Below are positions 11,101-24,716 of a stretch of DNA of 64,000 bases, in pieces. The position numbers and the translations under genes are program-made. Each line of letters begins with the position of its first letter. Positions within the stretch are counted from its first letter, which is position 1. The notes below the pieces were generated by a model that was given only the letters and a program-made list of their open reading frames with translations, was not told where the DNA came from and did not search any database. This DNA is from Lingula anatina (lineage: Eukaryota; Animalia; Brachiopoda), in the NCBI GenBank assembly GCA_051362555.1, contig CM120640.1, positions 33,189,967-33,253,966 on the forward strand, written 5' to 3'.

Positions 11101-14100
11101 TGCCAACTCATTGATCAGGTCAAATGCAAAGTTCATCTCATTCACACTGGCGTGGAACTTGGCCAACTCTTCTTTAGGGTCATTGGTCTTAAATTCCAGT
11201 CTAAATAAAGACAAAAATCTCAAATTGAGGACAAAAATCTCAAATTCTCAACGGAAAACTGGTATCTATAATTATATTATGTAACTCATCTTTATCAGTC
11301 TGAGAAATCCAGAAGCAGACACTTTCAACCATAACCAAATCTTTTTAAAAACTGACCCTTAAGCACCTTGAAGGCATCATGTATAAACCAATTACTATTT
11401 AATTGTCAACAACAAAATATATTGGTAAATCATCAGTAATTTTTGACTGTTCCTCACCTTCCTGGGTCCACTGCTCCCAGCTCACCAAGGCATTCACCTA
11501 CTACGTTCCTAGCAGATGAGTCAGACTCACGGCAGCTGTCAAGAAGCTTTTTGGCAAGTATAATATTGAGAATTAGAATCACCGCTGAGGCATAAAATAT
11601 TCATTCTAGTATTATATAAGGAAAAATTAATTAAAACCATGTTGACTGCCTTAAACCTTATACAGAGGAGTAACGGATAAAGCATCAAACATTCACATAG
11701 AGAATAAGAGCAAAGGATTTTCCTTCCTATATTAAATACTCACCACTGCCACTAGCTGTGATATAACTGGATCCACGGTCTCATTTCCAAGAAGAAGCTC
11801 ATGGAGAGCAGTCTGCAAACAAATAACAAGTCCACCTCACACTATGATGCTTGGATGATATTTTTCAATGATGATATTTTTCAAACAATTATCTTTCTCT
11901 TTTCCGTTCTATAAAGAAGCTTAAATTTTGTTTTATTAAATTAATGTTCCTATTATCACATTACCTGATTGCTGTGTAGTGTTTGTCTCAGTTTGGACAA
12001 AGCCAGCAGTCTGACATCCAGACACTCATGACTAACTCCCTTTAAAGCACGGGCTATTTGGGTGCGGACATCTTGGTTTCTAAAAAATGAAGAAATCACA
12101 AATACAATCAAATAGCAATTATATCAGAAAAATCTAGTATTTACAGACAATATACATTAAAAGATATAAAAGATATACTACATGTGGAGTGATCTTAATA
12201 AACATGTAAGCACTAGATACAAACTTTTGTAAATTATCCAAAATATCAATATAATGAATATAAACAATTTTACAAATCAGAACTACTATAAAAGCTTACT
12301 TTGCAGAACCTTCAGTGTATTTCTTCAGCACGGCGTTGATGTCCACCAGTTCTGGAATGTCTGGCAGGAAGGACAGCTCACAGAAATGAGACAGCAGAGC
12401 ATTCCTGAACAAAACATTATGGACAAAATTAACAAAACAGTGCAGAAACTACTTTCTTAAGAAATGGAACACAAACAATGATATTTAATAAAAGTACTTT
12501 TTTCAAAATGATTTTCATAGTCCATCATTTAAAATGAAAAAAAAAAAAAAAACAAAGAATAACTTCAACCCTAATTTCTAATATTATGTTGCCATTCAAA
12601 TCAATCGGAATATTTACAGTGAGCCCTATCACTTTTTCCCCAAAAAATTATCATTAATACTTCAAATCTTAGATCTCTTACCTGTTCTCTACAATCAAAT
12701 AGTTGAAAAGCTGTGATACTTGAGCCGGTAGCTCGTAAAGCAGTGGCAGAAGGGAAACAATGATCTGGGACAGCATGGGACCCAAAGCTGACAGATCAAT
12801 GCTAAAAAAAATAAGTAAATAAATTTTTATACATTTTCAGATTATTTTCAATAAACAGTATCATGCTTATCCAACTGCTTTCAAACAAAAAAGCTACTCA
12901 GTAAATCTATATACACTATCAAACTGCACCTTCATCGCATCATTAATTTAGAATTAATTATTGTTTTGAAAATAGATGTTGGCCAGAAAATTTCTGGTGC
13001 TGTATATTACCTTCGAACATATACATTCCATGCCTTATAGCTGACCTCTGCAAAACCTCTGTCCTTAAATCTAGTAGTCAACCTAATAAAAACAAATGTA
13101 TAAATCACCATACCAGTATGTAAGGCAATGAATGATATTACTGTCGCTTGCAGAATAATCAACATTTTCCAGCTCATAGCTGTCTAATAGGATAGCCTAC
13201 ATTTCGTGACTCTCGAACATATCTTTGTCACATATATGTTCACTCTCTACCTTGAACTAATTTTTGCAATATGACATACATGTAAATTATTTTTTCAATT
13301 GTGGGTTTGGTTTCAGTGGTTTTTGGCAAACAAAATTGTTATTCTTATGTGAGCAAAGCCATTTCAATATGTTATATGGTGACTTTCGTGAGTAAAAAAA
13401 TGTGTCCTTTAGGATGAACCATACCTCAGGGTGTTCAAGACTTTCATTCTAACCGCTGTTATATGTTTTGTTCCCATTAAGCGGATGATGGAAGAGAGGC
13501 TGTCCAATGCCTGAAGACAAACAAAAACATGAAAATACACATTTACTTGTATACAAATATCAATCTCATAAGTAGAGTAAGTGTATCGTGGGAGAGTTCA
13601 TTAGAGTAAATTCACTATATATCCCAACCCTAACTTCAAAACTGTTAGAAGAACTGAACAGTACTGTGTAAAATTATGATAATGATATGATGTCAAAATC
13701 ATCTTAAATCCATCCATAACCTACCATTTTCTTTTCATCCAGTGGCACATTGGCGTTGGACAAGTGATAATCAAATGATGCAATCACAGCTAGAAAATGA
13801 GGTTGCAGAAATTCAGCCTGTAAAGAAAAACACCCCCAAGAAAGAAATTGTCCTTCTGAGAGGTAATTTATCAAATACCTGGTCTTGACTGTGCTGGTGA
13901 CAGTGGATGACACACTGCTGCTAGGGTTAAACACACCCCAGGGAGATGAAATTATAGAGTTAAGAAGCTCCATAAAAACCAAGTATAAATTATAAAGCCA
14001 GCCAAACTTGTTCATTTAGGATATCAGGCTATAAAACCAAAACTTAAACCTAAAATACACTTTATCAATACAGACTGAGAGATAAAATAATAACAACGGT

Positions 14101-17100
14101 ATTGTATAAAGTTACCATCTGCTCTGTGGTTGTTATCACTCTTCCTTCGTGACCTTCCTTCTTGGTAGCTATAGTCTTAAGTCCATTGAAAATCTAAAAA
14201 AAAAATGTTTTTCTAATTATTTGCAAGAAATTTATATTAAGAGAGCAGAATCAGAATTTTTGCCTTTTTGATTAAAATTGTAATATTGAATTGCAGTATC
14301 AAAGTGAAAGTACTGATAACAACAGCAGTATCAATAGCAGCATTTAATGCAATAGCAACAAAGTTGTAACATGTTACCACTATCATCTTAAAAATTGTAC
14401 ACAATATAATGAAAATCAAATCCCATGTCCACAGAAACCAAACCTGTACTTACCCTGTTGTAGTTTGTACTCATGTGCAGGCAGAGTTCATTGATTGCTT
14501 CTTGGTACTGGAACCTCAGCAGTGCAGGCAGCTCAAATGTGGTTTCCCTCTGAGATGATAAAACCGAAAATAATTGGAAAATATGATGAATAACCTCTAA
14601 ATGAACATTTCCACAAATATCCAAAACAAAAAATATTCACCATTAAATTTTTAAAATAAAACAGTAATATTTGCAGTTGATTAAAATATATGATGGCAAT
14701 TTACAAGTGAAATATCTTTCAAATAAATGGCTTACCTCAAGAAAAGAGATCACTCTTTTCATCTCCACATCTTCACAAGTACAAATGAGGTAACAGAAGA
14801 TGTAACGCATGTTCTCTATCATAAGTTTCTTGCGAGTCTATAATTAACAGAACAAATATCAGGTTACATAATCTTTGTAGAATTATTCTATTAAATAAAC
14901 CAATAAATGCCACAAATTCAACAAAACAATTAGCACAAAAGCTGCTTTTACTTCTATTATATGTCTATTTTGAAGAGCTATTAGGTTACCAAAAATTAAT
15001 AAAATTTAATTTAAAAGACAGAAATAGAAAAATTGCCAGCAGAAGTTCTTACCCCATATCCAAGGGCTTGTGCCATTATTTTTACAAGGCTAGAAGCTAC
15101 TGGAGTTGCCTTCATAGCCAGTGGAGGAAGCAGGTGCTTTTTTATAACACTCTAAAAATGAAAAATACAAGCCTAGGTTTTATTTGATCGAAATACAGTT
15201 TTTAACAACAACAAATTTATTCACTCTTATTAGAGAAATCAAAACAGAAAATTTGAAGGGAAAACCGATTTTTTTGTTGGTAAACCTTTACCTCTTCCAT
15301 CAAATATTACAAAAACATGATTAAAATCCCCTGTACAATTTCATATATTAAAATATTACAGGACAAACCTGAATGAATGTCTTGACATCTGGGAACTCAA
15401 AAACACTTGCAACTTCAGTCAATATCTCATATGGTTTCTTGGTGTCTTGTAGAGTGGACATGCTTTCATGAAGAGCTTCCACCAGAAACTCCTAAATTTA
15501 ATTGAAAAAAATATGATCAACCATTTCTAACTGCAACAGAAAACACCTTTTAAATTTTGTTTACTGGTTATGATACTATACCCGGAATGGAAGATAAGAT
15601 TTAATTCAAAGATGGAAAATAAAATTTATACAAAGTTTTAAATAGTAATCCAATAATAAACCTACCTTACAAATATGGAGCCTGAACTGAATGAAAAGTG
15701 CCTGCAGCTTGGTCTTTTTGTACTTGGCAACCATCTGAATCTGTCCCCTGGCAATAGCTGCAGGCAGAGGCTCTTCTGATATCAGACACTTCAGCAGAAT
15801 AAGCAAGACCACCAACAACAACTGACCCTCTGAAACTCTACAGACATTTTCTTTTAACTATCAAAATAATTATTAATGAAATCTGTTTAAATCATTCATA
15901 CTCATTTGTGCGTACATCAAAAGAAGCTTAAGTTGTACCACTATTCACACACCTGAACATATAACAACCACACCCAAAAAATTTATATTACCTTCCCAGT
16001 TGTCCTATTGTCAAAATCACTGTTTCTTGTAGCCTATGGTCACTCTGGTTCTTAGCAACTGTGTAGGCAGATTTCAATTTGTTGACAATCATCTCGCTAA
16101 CAATATCTGCTTGGTCAGCACTCACAAGGTACTGGATGCATTTGCTAAATACATCAAAAAGCACCATAACAATACTACTTTGATTGTCTCAGATGAAAAA
16201 TTTAGGGTACCTAAACTACCACCTTGGCAGCAAAACACCATTATTAATATACATGTACATTATTTAAAATGTTATTATTTTTTTTAGTTTTTCAAATACA
16301 GATCACCTGATAATAGTCTGGCGTGCTCATGCATCTACTGCTAACAACTATATACACATATTCTTTTTTTTTTAATCCACAATGATTTTTGCTTTTATTT
16401 TACCTGAATGCCAGTCTGACATGGTAGTCAGGATCTTCAATCAGCTCCAGGCACATGTTCAGCATGCCCACAGTGGATTCATTATTGGAATGAATCTTAA
16501 TGTGACCAAACAATCTGTCAAAACTTTCAATTAGACCTACAGTGTTGGGGGAGAAAAATAAAGTAAGTTTACATGGAATGAATGGAACTCATGTCTCCAT
16601 GCACAGCTTTATCTCAAGTCATGATGCTCTATAAATCATATATTTAAAAAACAGTAATAAAACTAGCAAAATAATGATGTACATCTCAATAAAATTCTTT
16701 TATTACCTTGTTAGGACACTTGACCAGTAGTCTATCAAATAAAACAAAAAAATTACAAACACTTTTCAAACAAATTAATATAAAAAGAATGGAACTCACT
16801 TTGCTTGACAATCTTATCAGAGGTCAACAGAGTCATGAAGGGTGAAAACATTTTTGGGTCTACCAACTTTGGTCTGCTACCTGGACTGCCAATCACCTCA
16901 AACACTGGAAAATATTCACAAAGTCTGATGCACAAATTTGTCCAAATTTTCTACATATATTCTCTAAATTTTTATGAGACAATGCTACTGAAAATCACAC
17001 ACAACATATTAGCAAGTATTCTGTGCAAAAAGAAGTATCCATACCAGGCAGAGAATCACAGGCTGCACACTTCAGAACTAATGTTGTAAAACTTTTGGCT

Positions 17101-18867
17101 CTGACATCCTGGACTGGTCTGAAAAGGCAGGGGTCAATTTATTAAAAAGTTGGCAAAAGAATTGTGGCATGAAAACTACCACCTTAAATGACACACTTTA
17201 AATATACAAGCACCCCGAAAAACAGGACTGTAATGAGTGTCAATAAGCACAAGTAGTAACAAATTTTTTAAAACTCAAGACAGCATTTTCATAATAGCTG
17301 CATCTAAATTTACTTTCTTCATCCTCTCTTTGGAGTCCTTATGCAAATTATGATGAAACCTTTGCAATGTTGCTCATGAATACAGAAACCAGAGTCACCT
17401 ATACCTTTCTATGACAGCTTTTCTGGACATGACACATACAAGTTTTCCAACAACTTCTGCCAAATGTTTCTGAACAGCAGTACTCTTGTCTTGTATACAA
17501 TCACTGAAAATAAATAAATAATAAATTATCAAAAAAATTAAGAACTTAAAAAAGGTAAATTAATGAAAAATAAACAAACTGCAAAATTTACTTTTTGTTG
17601 TTGACTAATAATTCTTTTCATTTACAAAAGTAAAGAAAAAAACAAACAAAGAAGAGAAGAAAGTTGTGAATCATAAAAAAACTTACTGCAGCAAATCACG
17701 CACAAGGTGATCTGTATTTGGTCCCAAAGTGTGGAACAAGAAAGGGCAGTTTCTGATAGCAGCACAGCGCAGGATATCAGAAGAATCATTCTAAAACAGA
17801 GACAAAAATAAAGTTCATTTATCAAATCATTCTTCACACTTTCTGCTTACTTAATTTCCAAGTTAAATATTTTGTAAATAATTTTTAAATTATTACTTTT
17901 CTCATTTAAAAGTTATTTTTGAAATCTTTGTAATGAGCTCCATAGCAATAATTAGCTGATCTACAAAGAAGTTACATACCACTGCCAGTCTGAGAGCATG
18001 AGTCCTCCATTTGGAACAGATGTCTTTGGGAAACAGACACAAAGCTGTAAGTGCATCTGCTACCACATCAGGATCTGAAAAACAGAAAAAAACACAGACA
18101 TGACATTTAATTGGTAGTTTACATTAAACACATAAAATACCCTGTGCAGTGTGCACATTATCAATAACACAAGTCTAGGTTTCTGCATTAAATGTGGATC
18201 TATAATAGTTAAAATTGGAAAAATACCTAATTTTTCAGCAAGTGCAGAAGCAAGTACTGCTACTTCTTTGCTGTTTACAGGCTTCAAATCAATCCAGGTA
18301 GGATCATTCTGGAAGAAGTGAGAATAAAGTAAATTTTCCATTTTAAGCAACATTCAAAAAGAAAGATTAGCTACTAAATTCATCTTTTACTCTATAGAAA
18401 TACTAGCAACAACATGGTCAATTTTATTTTGATTATTGTCATCTGATTTAGTAAGCAATCAATCTTTTGGTTTAAAACATCAGATATATATATACAGCAG
18501 ATGTAATAACTCACAGGAATCCAGTAAAGTGATGTCATCCATGCTAGATTGGTCATCAACTGCAATGACAGCCCAGACTGATCTAAAGACACAAAAATTA
18601 ACTATAAAATATAAAGTAATAATTAGTGTATGATGAGAAATCTTCTTCTCTACTGGGAATTATAAACAATTTATGATAATGTGCATAATATTGTAGTTGA
18701 CATACAACACCAAGAAACAACTGTACAATTTATCACAATCTTCATCTACCTAGAAAAACGAGCAATTTAAAATTGTAAAAAGTTCTTCTCCAAAATAAAT
18801 TGAAAAAAATATTCCAAAAACCTCTATTTACACACACACACAAAAACTAGATGTTATTTTCAAAAAA

Positions 18868-18934
<67 letters not shown>

Positions 18935-21900
18935 AAATTAAGAGACCTGACACAAACATCAATGAGGCAATGGTTTCCACAATCTTCCTGTAACACTTGG
19001 ACAAGGAGGTCATGAGAACACTAGACTGTGTGCACTGTAGGAAGTGATGTTTCCAAGCCTCAAATATGGTCTCCACCATGCTGTTATTGAGCCATTCTGA
19101 CAAGTTATCTCTGTTAGTCAAACCAACTGGCTGTCTGGAGGGAGTGCTAGGAACATTTGGCAGCCTAAAGGGATATAGATTACTTCAATAAGTGACTTTT
19201 CACATATGATACCTTTGCCATCAACACAAATCAAAATATTTTTTAAATGACAAGTACTTTGACTATGTGCACTTTTTTTCTGTGTGCTAATTTTAAATTT
19301 TCACCTGCAATACGAATATCATATGTGGATTCAAATGTACAAACTAAAAGTTATGCATTTATTTCATACCTAATATTATCTTTGTCATCCACGTCACCCC
19401 TGCCCTTCTTAACAACACACCATACAGCAACTTCCACAACAGTTCTTAATCCCTCCATAATGTTCACTACTCGAGTCTGTGAAAAAAGAGGCAGTACAAT
19501 CAGATTAAAACCATAATGGTTATACCTTCAAAAATGACATTTTAACCAGAGTTATATTTATATCAAAAATTTACAAGAAATGAGATTTTTGTGTTTTACA
19601 TTCTAACATTCAAAACACTGACATATATAGATACAGCAGAATGAAGTACAATTACAACATATACAACTTCAAAACAATTATTTCTGCTTTTACATACCTC
19701 GGTGGCTCCACTTTGCAAGGCTTTACAAAGCTGGTTTAGTTTGCTGAGCATCAAGTTCCAAGTTGGCGATTTCCTGGATATTGCTGTTGTTGGATAATTC
19801 TGAGAATTATCAGAACTGCTACAGAAAATATACTGAATTAATCCTTTATATTTTTATTTCCAGATGAGTAATTTATTTTCCCTTATGTGAATTTTACACA
19901 AGGAAAAAAAACTATGCCTGAGAAACATTTTCTTCAAACACAAAGTAAAAAAAGAAAACTTTTAAAAATTCTTCTTTTTTACAGTTTTCTATATTTGCCT
20001 CAGACCAATACATAAATGTGTTATAAAAGGGTTTAGCTCTTATTTCCAGTTAATTTTATAGCTGAATAGATAAATACTTAACATTCAATAGTCATACCTG
20101 TCTTTTCCTTTGCCTCTATTCAACCCGAGTTTCCTTTTCCTCCCTATGACTACCATGTCATCTGTGCTGTCAGAGTCTGTGGAAGTAGAGGGCCTGAGGA
20201 TATCAAGGTCTGAGGAAGTGGTTGAAGAAGAGGAGAGAGCTGAATACAAACTGGGTTTGGCATCTGGGAGATCCAGTCGTACAGCACAGCACATGTAACG
20301 CACTAGGTACTGAAATTGAGTCAGAAAAAATACATATAAAATTCTGAATTAACAAACTGTAAACCAAATCTTTTAAAGGATTGTATTCAAATACAAGGAC
20401 TGGCAAAATTAAGCTAAGATTTTTCAGAAATCCTTTAGTGTGAAAAGTAATGTAAAAAATATCAATTTACCTGACTGTTATCCATTTGGCCAATTTCACT
20501 GATGATCACAGAATCCATTTCTCTCCTCCTCTTCAACATTAAACTACTATGAACCATGTCTGAGGGCAGTCCATCAAATATGGACACCAATGTGTCACAC
20601 AGAGATGTTCTCAACCTGTCTGTTTTTAACTGCTGTAGACCATGCTGGGTAACAGCCTGGAATAGTCTTTGTAACATACTTTCTAGTTGCCCTGTATTCA
20701 CTGTATTTATCTCAGAAGGTGACACTGGTTGGTTAAAGACTGTGTCAAGACAGTTGGCCAAACTAGTCTCCAAGGCAAGATAGTCACTGTAAAAAAATGG
20801 AATCAATATGTGAGGACAGCTTACTGTAAGAGAATTTACATCTAAATACATTGTATAACATTAAAAGAGGCACCATGAAATTACTCCTACAATCTTAAAA
20901 AACAGTGATTATTTGATAATTTATTAAAATCACTCAACACATAAAACAACAACAAAAAATTATAATCCGCTTTTATATCTGAATTCCAAGCTAAAAGATC
21001 CATTTCTCATTCCAGTTAAATTAAATAAATTTTTGCATTTTCCTAGACTCACCCTGGCACATCATCAAAGCCTGAACAAAGCAGCTCCACCAGTGCTCCT
21101 AGACAACTGACATAGTAATCCAGAGTCTCCATTGGGGGCAAACCACCCACTTCTGTGAGGGCATGGCACACATCTAGAGAAACCTATTAAAAACAAATCA
21201 ATTTCTAGCAGATTTGTTTTTTTTATTGCTTTTTTTTTTCAACAAAAATTTTATTAAGATACACAACAACTCTCCTTCCCCCACACGCAATCATAATGGA
21301 GTAGATTTATTCCACTGTTTTTAGTAACATGGATGAAGGAAAAATAGAAAACTGCAAATAACTACAAACCCTCTTTAGTTCCACATCTCCAAATTCTAGC
21401 TGACATCCCAGTATACTCCAGAGTAGGTGTTCCTTCCTACCTACAAACTGATGGACTTCAAATATCACTTTACCAACTATTCTCCTGGAATACACCAAAG
21501 GTAAAAAATACTAAAATTTTGGTGGTAAAAAAAACTTTATAGACATATACAATAATTATAACTTGTAAATTTTTAGATGAGCAATTACTGTCAAAATACT
21601 AAAAAACTTTTTAAAATTTCTGTGAATAATAATAATTATGCGATGTGATTTTAATGAGGCTGCTGGCTAGCTACAGCTAGATGTTATCATATATCATCAA
21701 ATTACTTAAACACAACAATACCATAAGGTAATACTGATATAGTTAAAACACTGTTTTTTTATCAGTGAAAGAAAAACTGGGTGGACCAAAAATATCAGAT
21801 ATCTACATTATGTACTGACGTCAAGTTTACTTGCAGTAGCTCCCCAGCTTCAGTGTTTGAGAATAAAACTGCTCTGTGAGTGTAGGTAACAACATCACCT

Positions 21901-24086
21901 CCCTAAATATTAGATAAAATAGTTCCTATGAAATGAAACTAAAGTGTTAAGGTAAGATTTCTTGTTTGTCCCCGAACCTTATACAAAGCAAAAACCTTTT
22001 TGTATCAAAATAAAGCAAGTGTATTTTATTAGCATTAGATAACTTGACCATATATACCTTTCTTTGTACATCCAAGCTCTATTCATTATTCACATATAAA
22101 TTTTGGAAAAATGAATTAAGGTTTACAATAGCACCAGATGGCAATTTATCTTGTTTGGGGGGAACGCAAGCTTAAAATGCATCTAGAAGGGCATTTCTAG
22201 CAAATGACTGATTGCAATTCCCACCCTGTGCCTTTGACCAAAGACCAGCAAGGGGGGGGGGGGGGGGGAATTTGCTCTACCCCGTGGATTTACCTGGTAT
22301 ATCCCACGCATTAATTCATCAGATTTGAACCTCTTCAACTCTTCCCTATCATCCATTGCTATGTCTGCATGGTAGAATGCTTCACATATGTCTACAAAGA
22401 CGTAATACAAGCAGTACAGCACCCATAAAGACAATATGAATTTAGATGGCACGTAGAGGCTGACATCTAGGCACAATTGTTCTCATGCTCTTGTTATGAA
22501 AGGTTATTGTTAACAATGTAATATGTTGCCCAGATAAAATTTGTCAGAACAACTTGGTCATTGATGCATGATAAAATTCAGGACTAGAATGAAATTTAAA
22601 TGGACAATATAAAAGAGAGCTTATTACATCAACTGAAGAATTGCCTGTTTTTTTCATCTCAATGAGAAATCCAAAGAAGCAAACTTACCCCCTAAACAAA
22701 GGATCAATTCAGAAGCCAGCTGAGCAAATGCATATGTATCTCTTCCTTTCAACAGCTGCAGAATGTTGTACACAGAGGTGATAGTTTTCTCATGGTATGG
22801 AGCACATTCCTCACTCACCAGAACAGCCAGGAGGCGGTTCACAATCCAAAATGTAAAAGCTGTAAAAAGTTTGTTTTTTTTTGTACTGAAACATTTCTGT
22901 CATACAATTTAGCTAGACACTCTAACCATATCTTATCATTATCAAGAACAAATCAGAAAGTTCTGAGTGACAAAGACCATAATTGGAACTCAAATTGATA
23001 ATATTTTTTTCGTACTGCCAATTAAAACCAACTTTATCAATTTCTTGGGCAAGGACAGGACACACAAAGTAGACAAACTAATCATAAGTCTACAAAGAAT
23101 ATTTCTGTTATTGATCCTATACTGAAAAGATTTATCTTATATCAGTTACTAATTGCTAAAAGATATCTTGTCAATCAACTACTGTACTCCAAAAAATACA
23201 TACAACATAATAAATACAAAAATAATAAATTTTGCTATGATGACTTTAGCTAAGCATTATTGGAAATCACATACCCTGTGAGACAAGTTTATTCTCTGGG
23301 ATAACAGATTCATTTGCCTGAGACAAAACCGGTGTTTCATCACCATAACCATGGGCATCTTCAACAAACATTTGTGACAAGGCCTCCGTGTCTACCAACT
23401 GATTCACCATCTGTAGACTTAGTTCACAAAATGAGGAACTACCAGTGTTCTTCACCTCATCAGAAACTGTTGAAAAAAAGGGAAAAAATCAGATTTATGT
23501 TTATTTGCTCTGAGATATAAAGTAATTTGCTAATTTAAAAAAAAGTATTTTATTGTTATAAGACCATGTGTGGTCCACTCCAGAAAATCATCATGATCAG
23601 ATATGCAATGATAAAACCAGAGCATAATGAGGAAGTTTAATAAATGATAATCCCTTTTTTTAAATGTAGCTCATTTCATCTCAGTGGTACATACTTTTTT
23701 TCATGTCACAAAGTAAGGTGTCCACTATGTGGCACAGACACTTCCTTCCTCTGCTGGTCTTCTCTTCTGGAGGCATATCGGCATCACTAAAATATAAAAT
23801 GTGTAAGAATTGTTCATAAAAACATGATAATATTTGTTTTCAATACTCGCCTAATTGGAAATGTAAAGGGTAGTGATTATCTATGCAAAAAGAATAGCAT
23901 TGGCAAGTATTTATTTGTACACTGTGGGACAAAGAATTCTCCTGTTCACTGATCATTTAGTTTTTAAAAAACATAATGATTATTACTTACTACAACAAAA
24001 AATGAGCTTACCTGATTTATTTCTACATACCTGAGCAATTGCTCCACCTCCTTAAAACTAGCCATCAAATCTTGTTGTCCACTCAT
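5149..24086 (-). CDS. ATR: Serine/threonine-protein kinase ATR, N-terminal HEAT repeats to FAT domain (3' partial, about 52 coding exons)
   Basis: Spliced translation matches ATR as I recall it: MSGQQDLMASFKEVEQLL (24086-24031), RKCLCHIVDTLLCD, GECLGELGAVDPGRL, DTLAEASYNCKAYTRALMHLE, QKLYVAMDEPDGVAGV, GRLWLRSAKVARKAGHLQTAY, WEDGHFYLARYYDKVM (last exon 5333-5149). All introns checked are GT-AG with consistent phase. Probable non-coding first exon with donor at 24535. Confidence 0.96.
18865..18935. repeat. (TAAA)n microsatellite in an ATR intron
   Basis: Direct tandem TAAA units starting about 10 bp inside the intron from the donor at 18946. Confidence 0.95.
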
Positions 24087-24535
24087 TTTGATCACCTGTT
24101 TATCTGAGATAAATTAAAAAAGGTTATCAAACTATTGTCAAAGACAATAACTTTTTGTATGCTTTCAATTATTGCAAATCAGTATATTACAACAACTGCA
24201 TATCAATTTATTGCATTTCATTTCAATTTTAAGATGTACATGTGTAATTTATTAACTGTGGCAGTGGTGCAAGCACTATAGTATTATAGCAGTGTTATTT
24301 TAGATCAAACTAGAATTGAGAAGAACTTTAACCACACAATCAAATGCATTTCACTATTTGTGCACTGACAAATTTCACTAAACTAAAGGCTAAACAAAAG
24401 CAACAAAATAAGCTAGAGGCACAGACAGAAATGAGAACTTTAAAAAGTTACAGAAGACCAGCAATCTGTGCAACTTGTTGAACTTAGATTTTATCTAACT
24501 TCACTTGCATTAGTACAATCATATGAAGCGCTTAC

Positions 24536-24716
24536 CAATGTTACTTTTCCTCAAAGTGTGACTATAATTACAGCAACTTCAACGTATTTAAAGGGGATAA
24601 CAAGGAAGGAAGTGATACCGAGAGTCATCATTGCTCCCGCTAATATCCCACAATTCCAAAAGTTATGAAGTATTTTGCAATCTTCATTTTGTGAAGAGTG
24701 CAATCGATTGACAAGG
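24536..24716. promoter_or_regulatory. Putative bidirectional promoter shared by ATR and TPGS2
   Basis: The ATR 5' donor (24535, minus) and TPGS2 ATG (24717, plus) are about 180 bp apart. The interval has an ETS-like GGAAGTG, an E2F-like CTCCCGC and TTTAAA. Function inferred. Confidence 0.6.

Noticed and set aside
20098-20309. Ser-rich, basic (RKRK) segment of ATR as a novel insertion
   Set aside because: Vertebrate ATR has a comparable disordered Ser/basic loop in this region, so it is probably ordinary divergence.
21484-21831. Apparent phase conflict between two ATR exons
   Set aside because: Resolved by the donor AC|GTCAGT at 21820, giving QVNLTRIVGK; no frameshift.
22140-22290. Long G-run as a functional G-quadruplex
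   Set aside because: Lies in a degenerate repeat fragment; similar G/C runs occur in other repeat remnants (25833-25845, 30795-30807).
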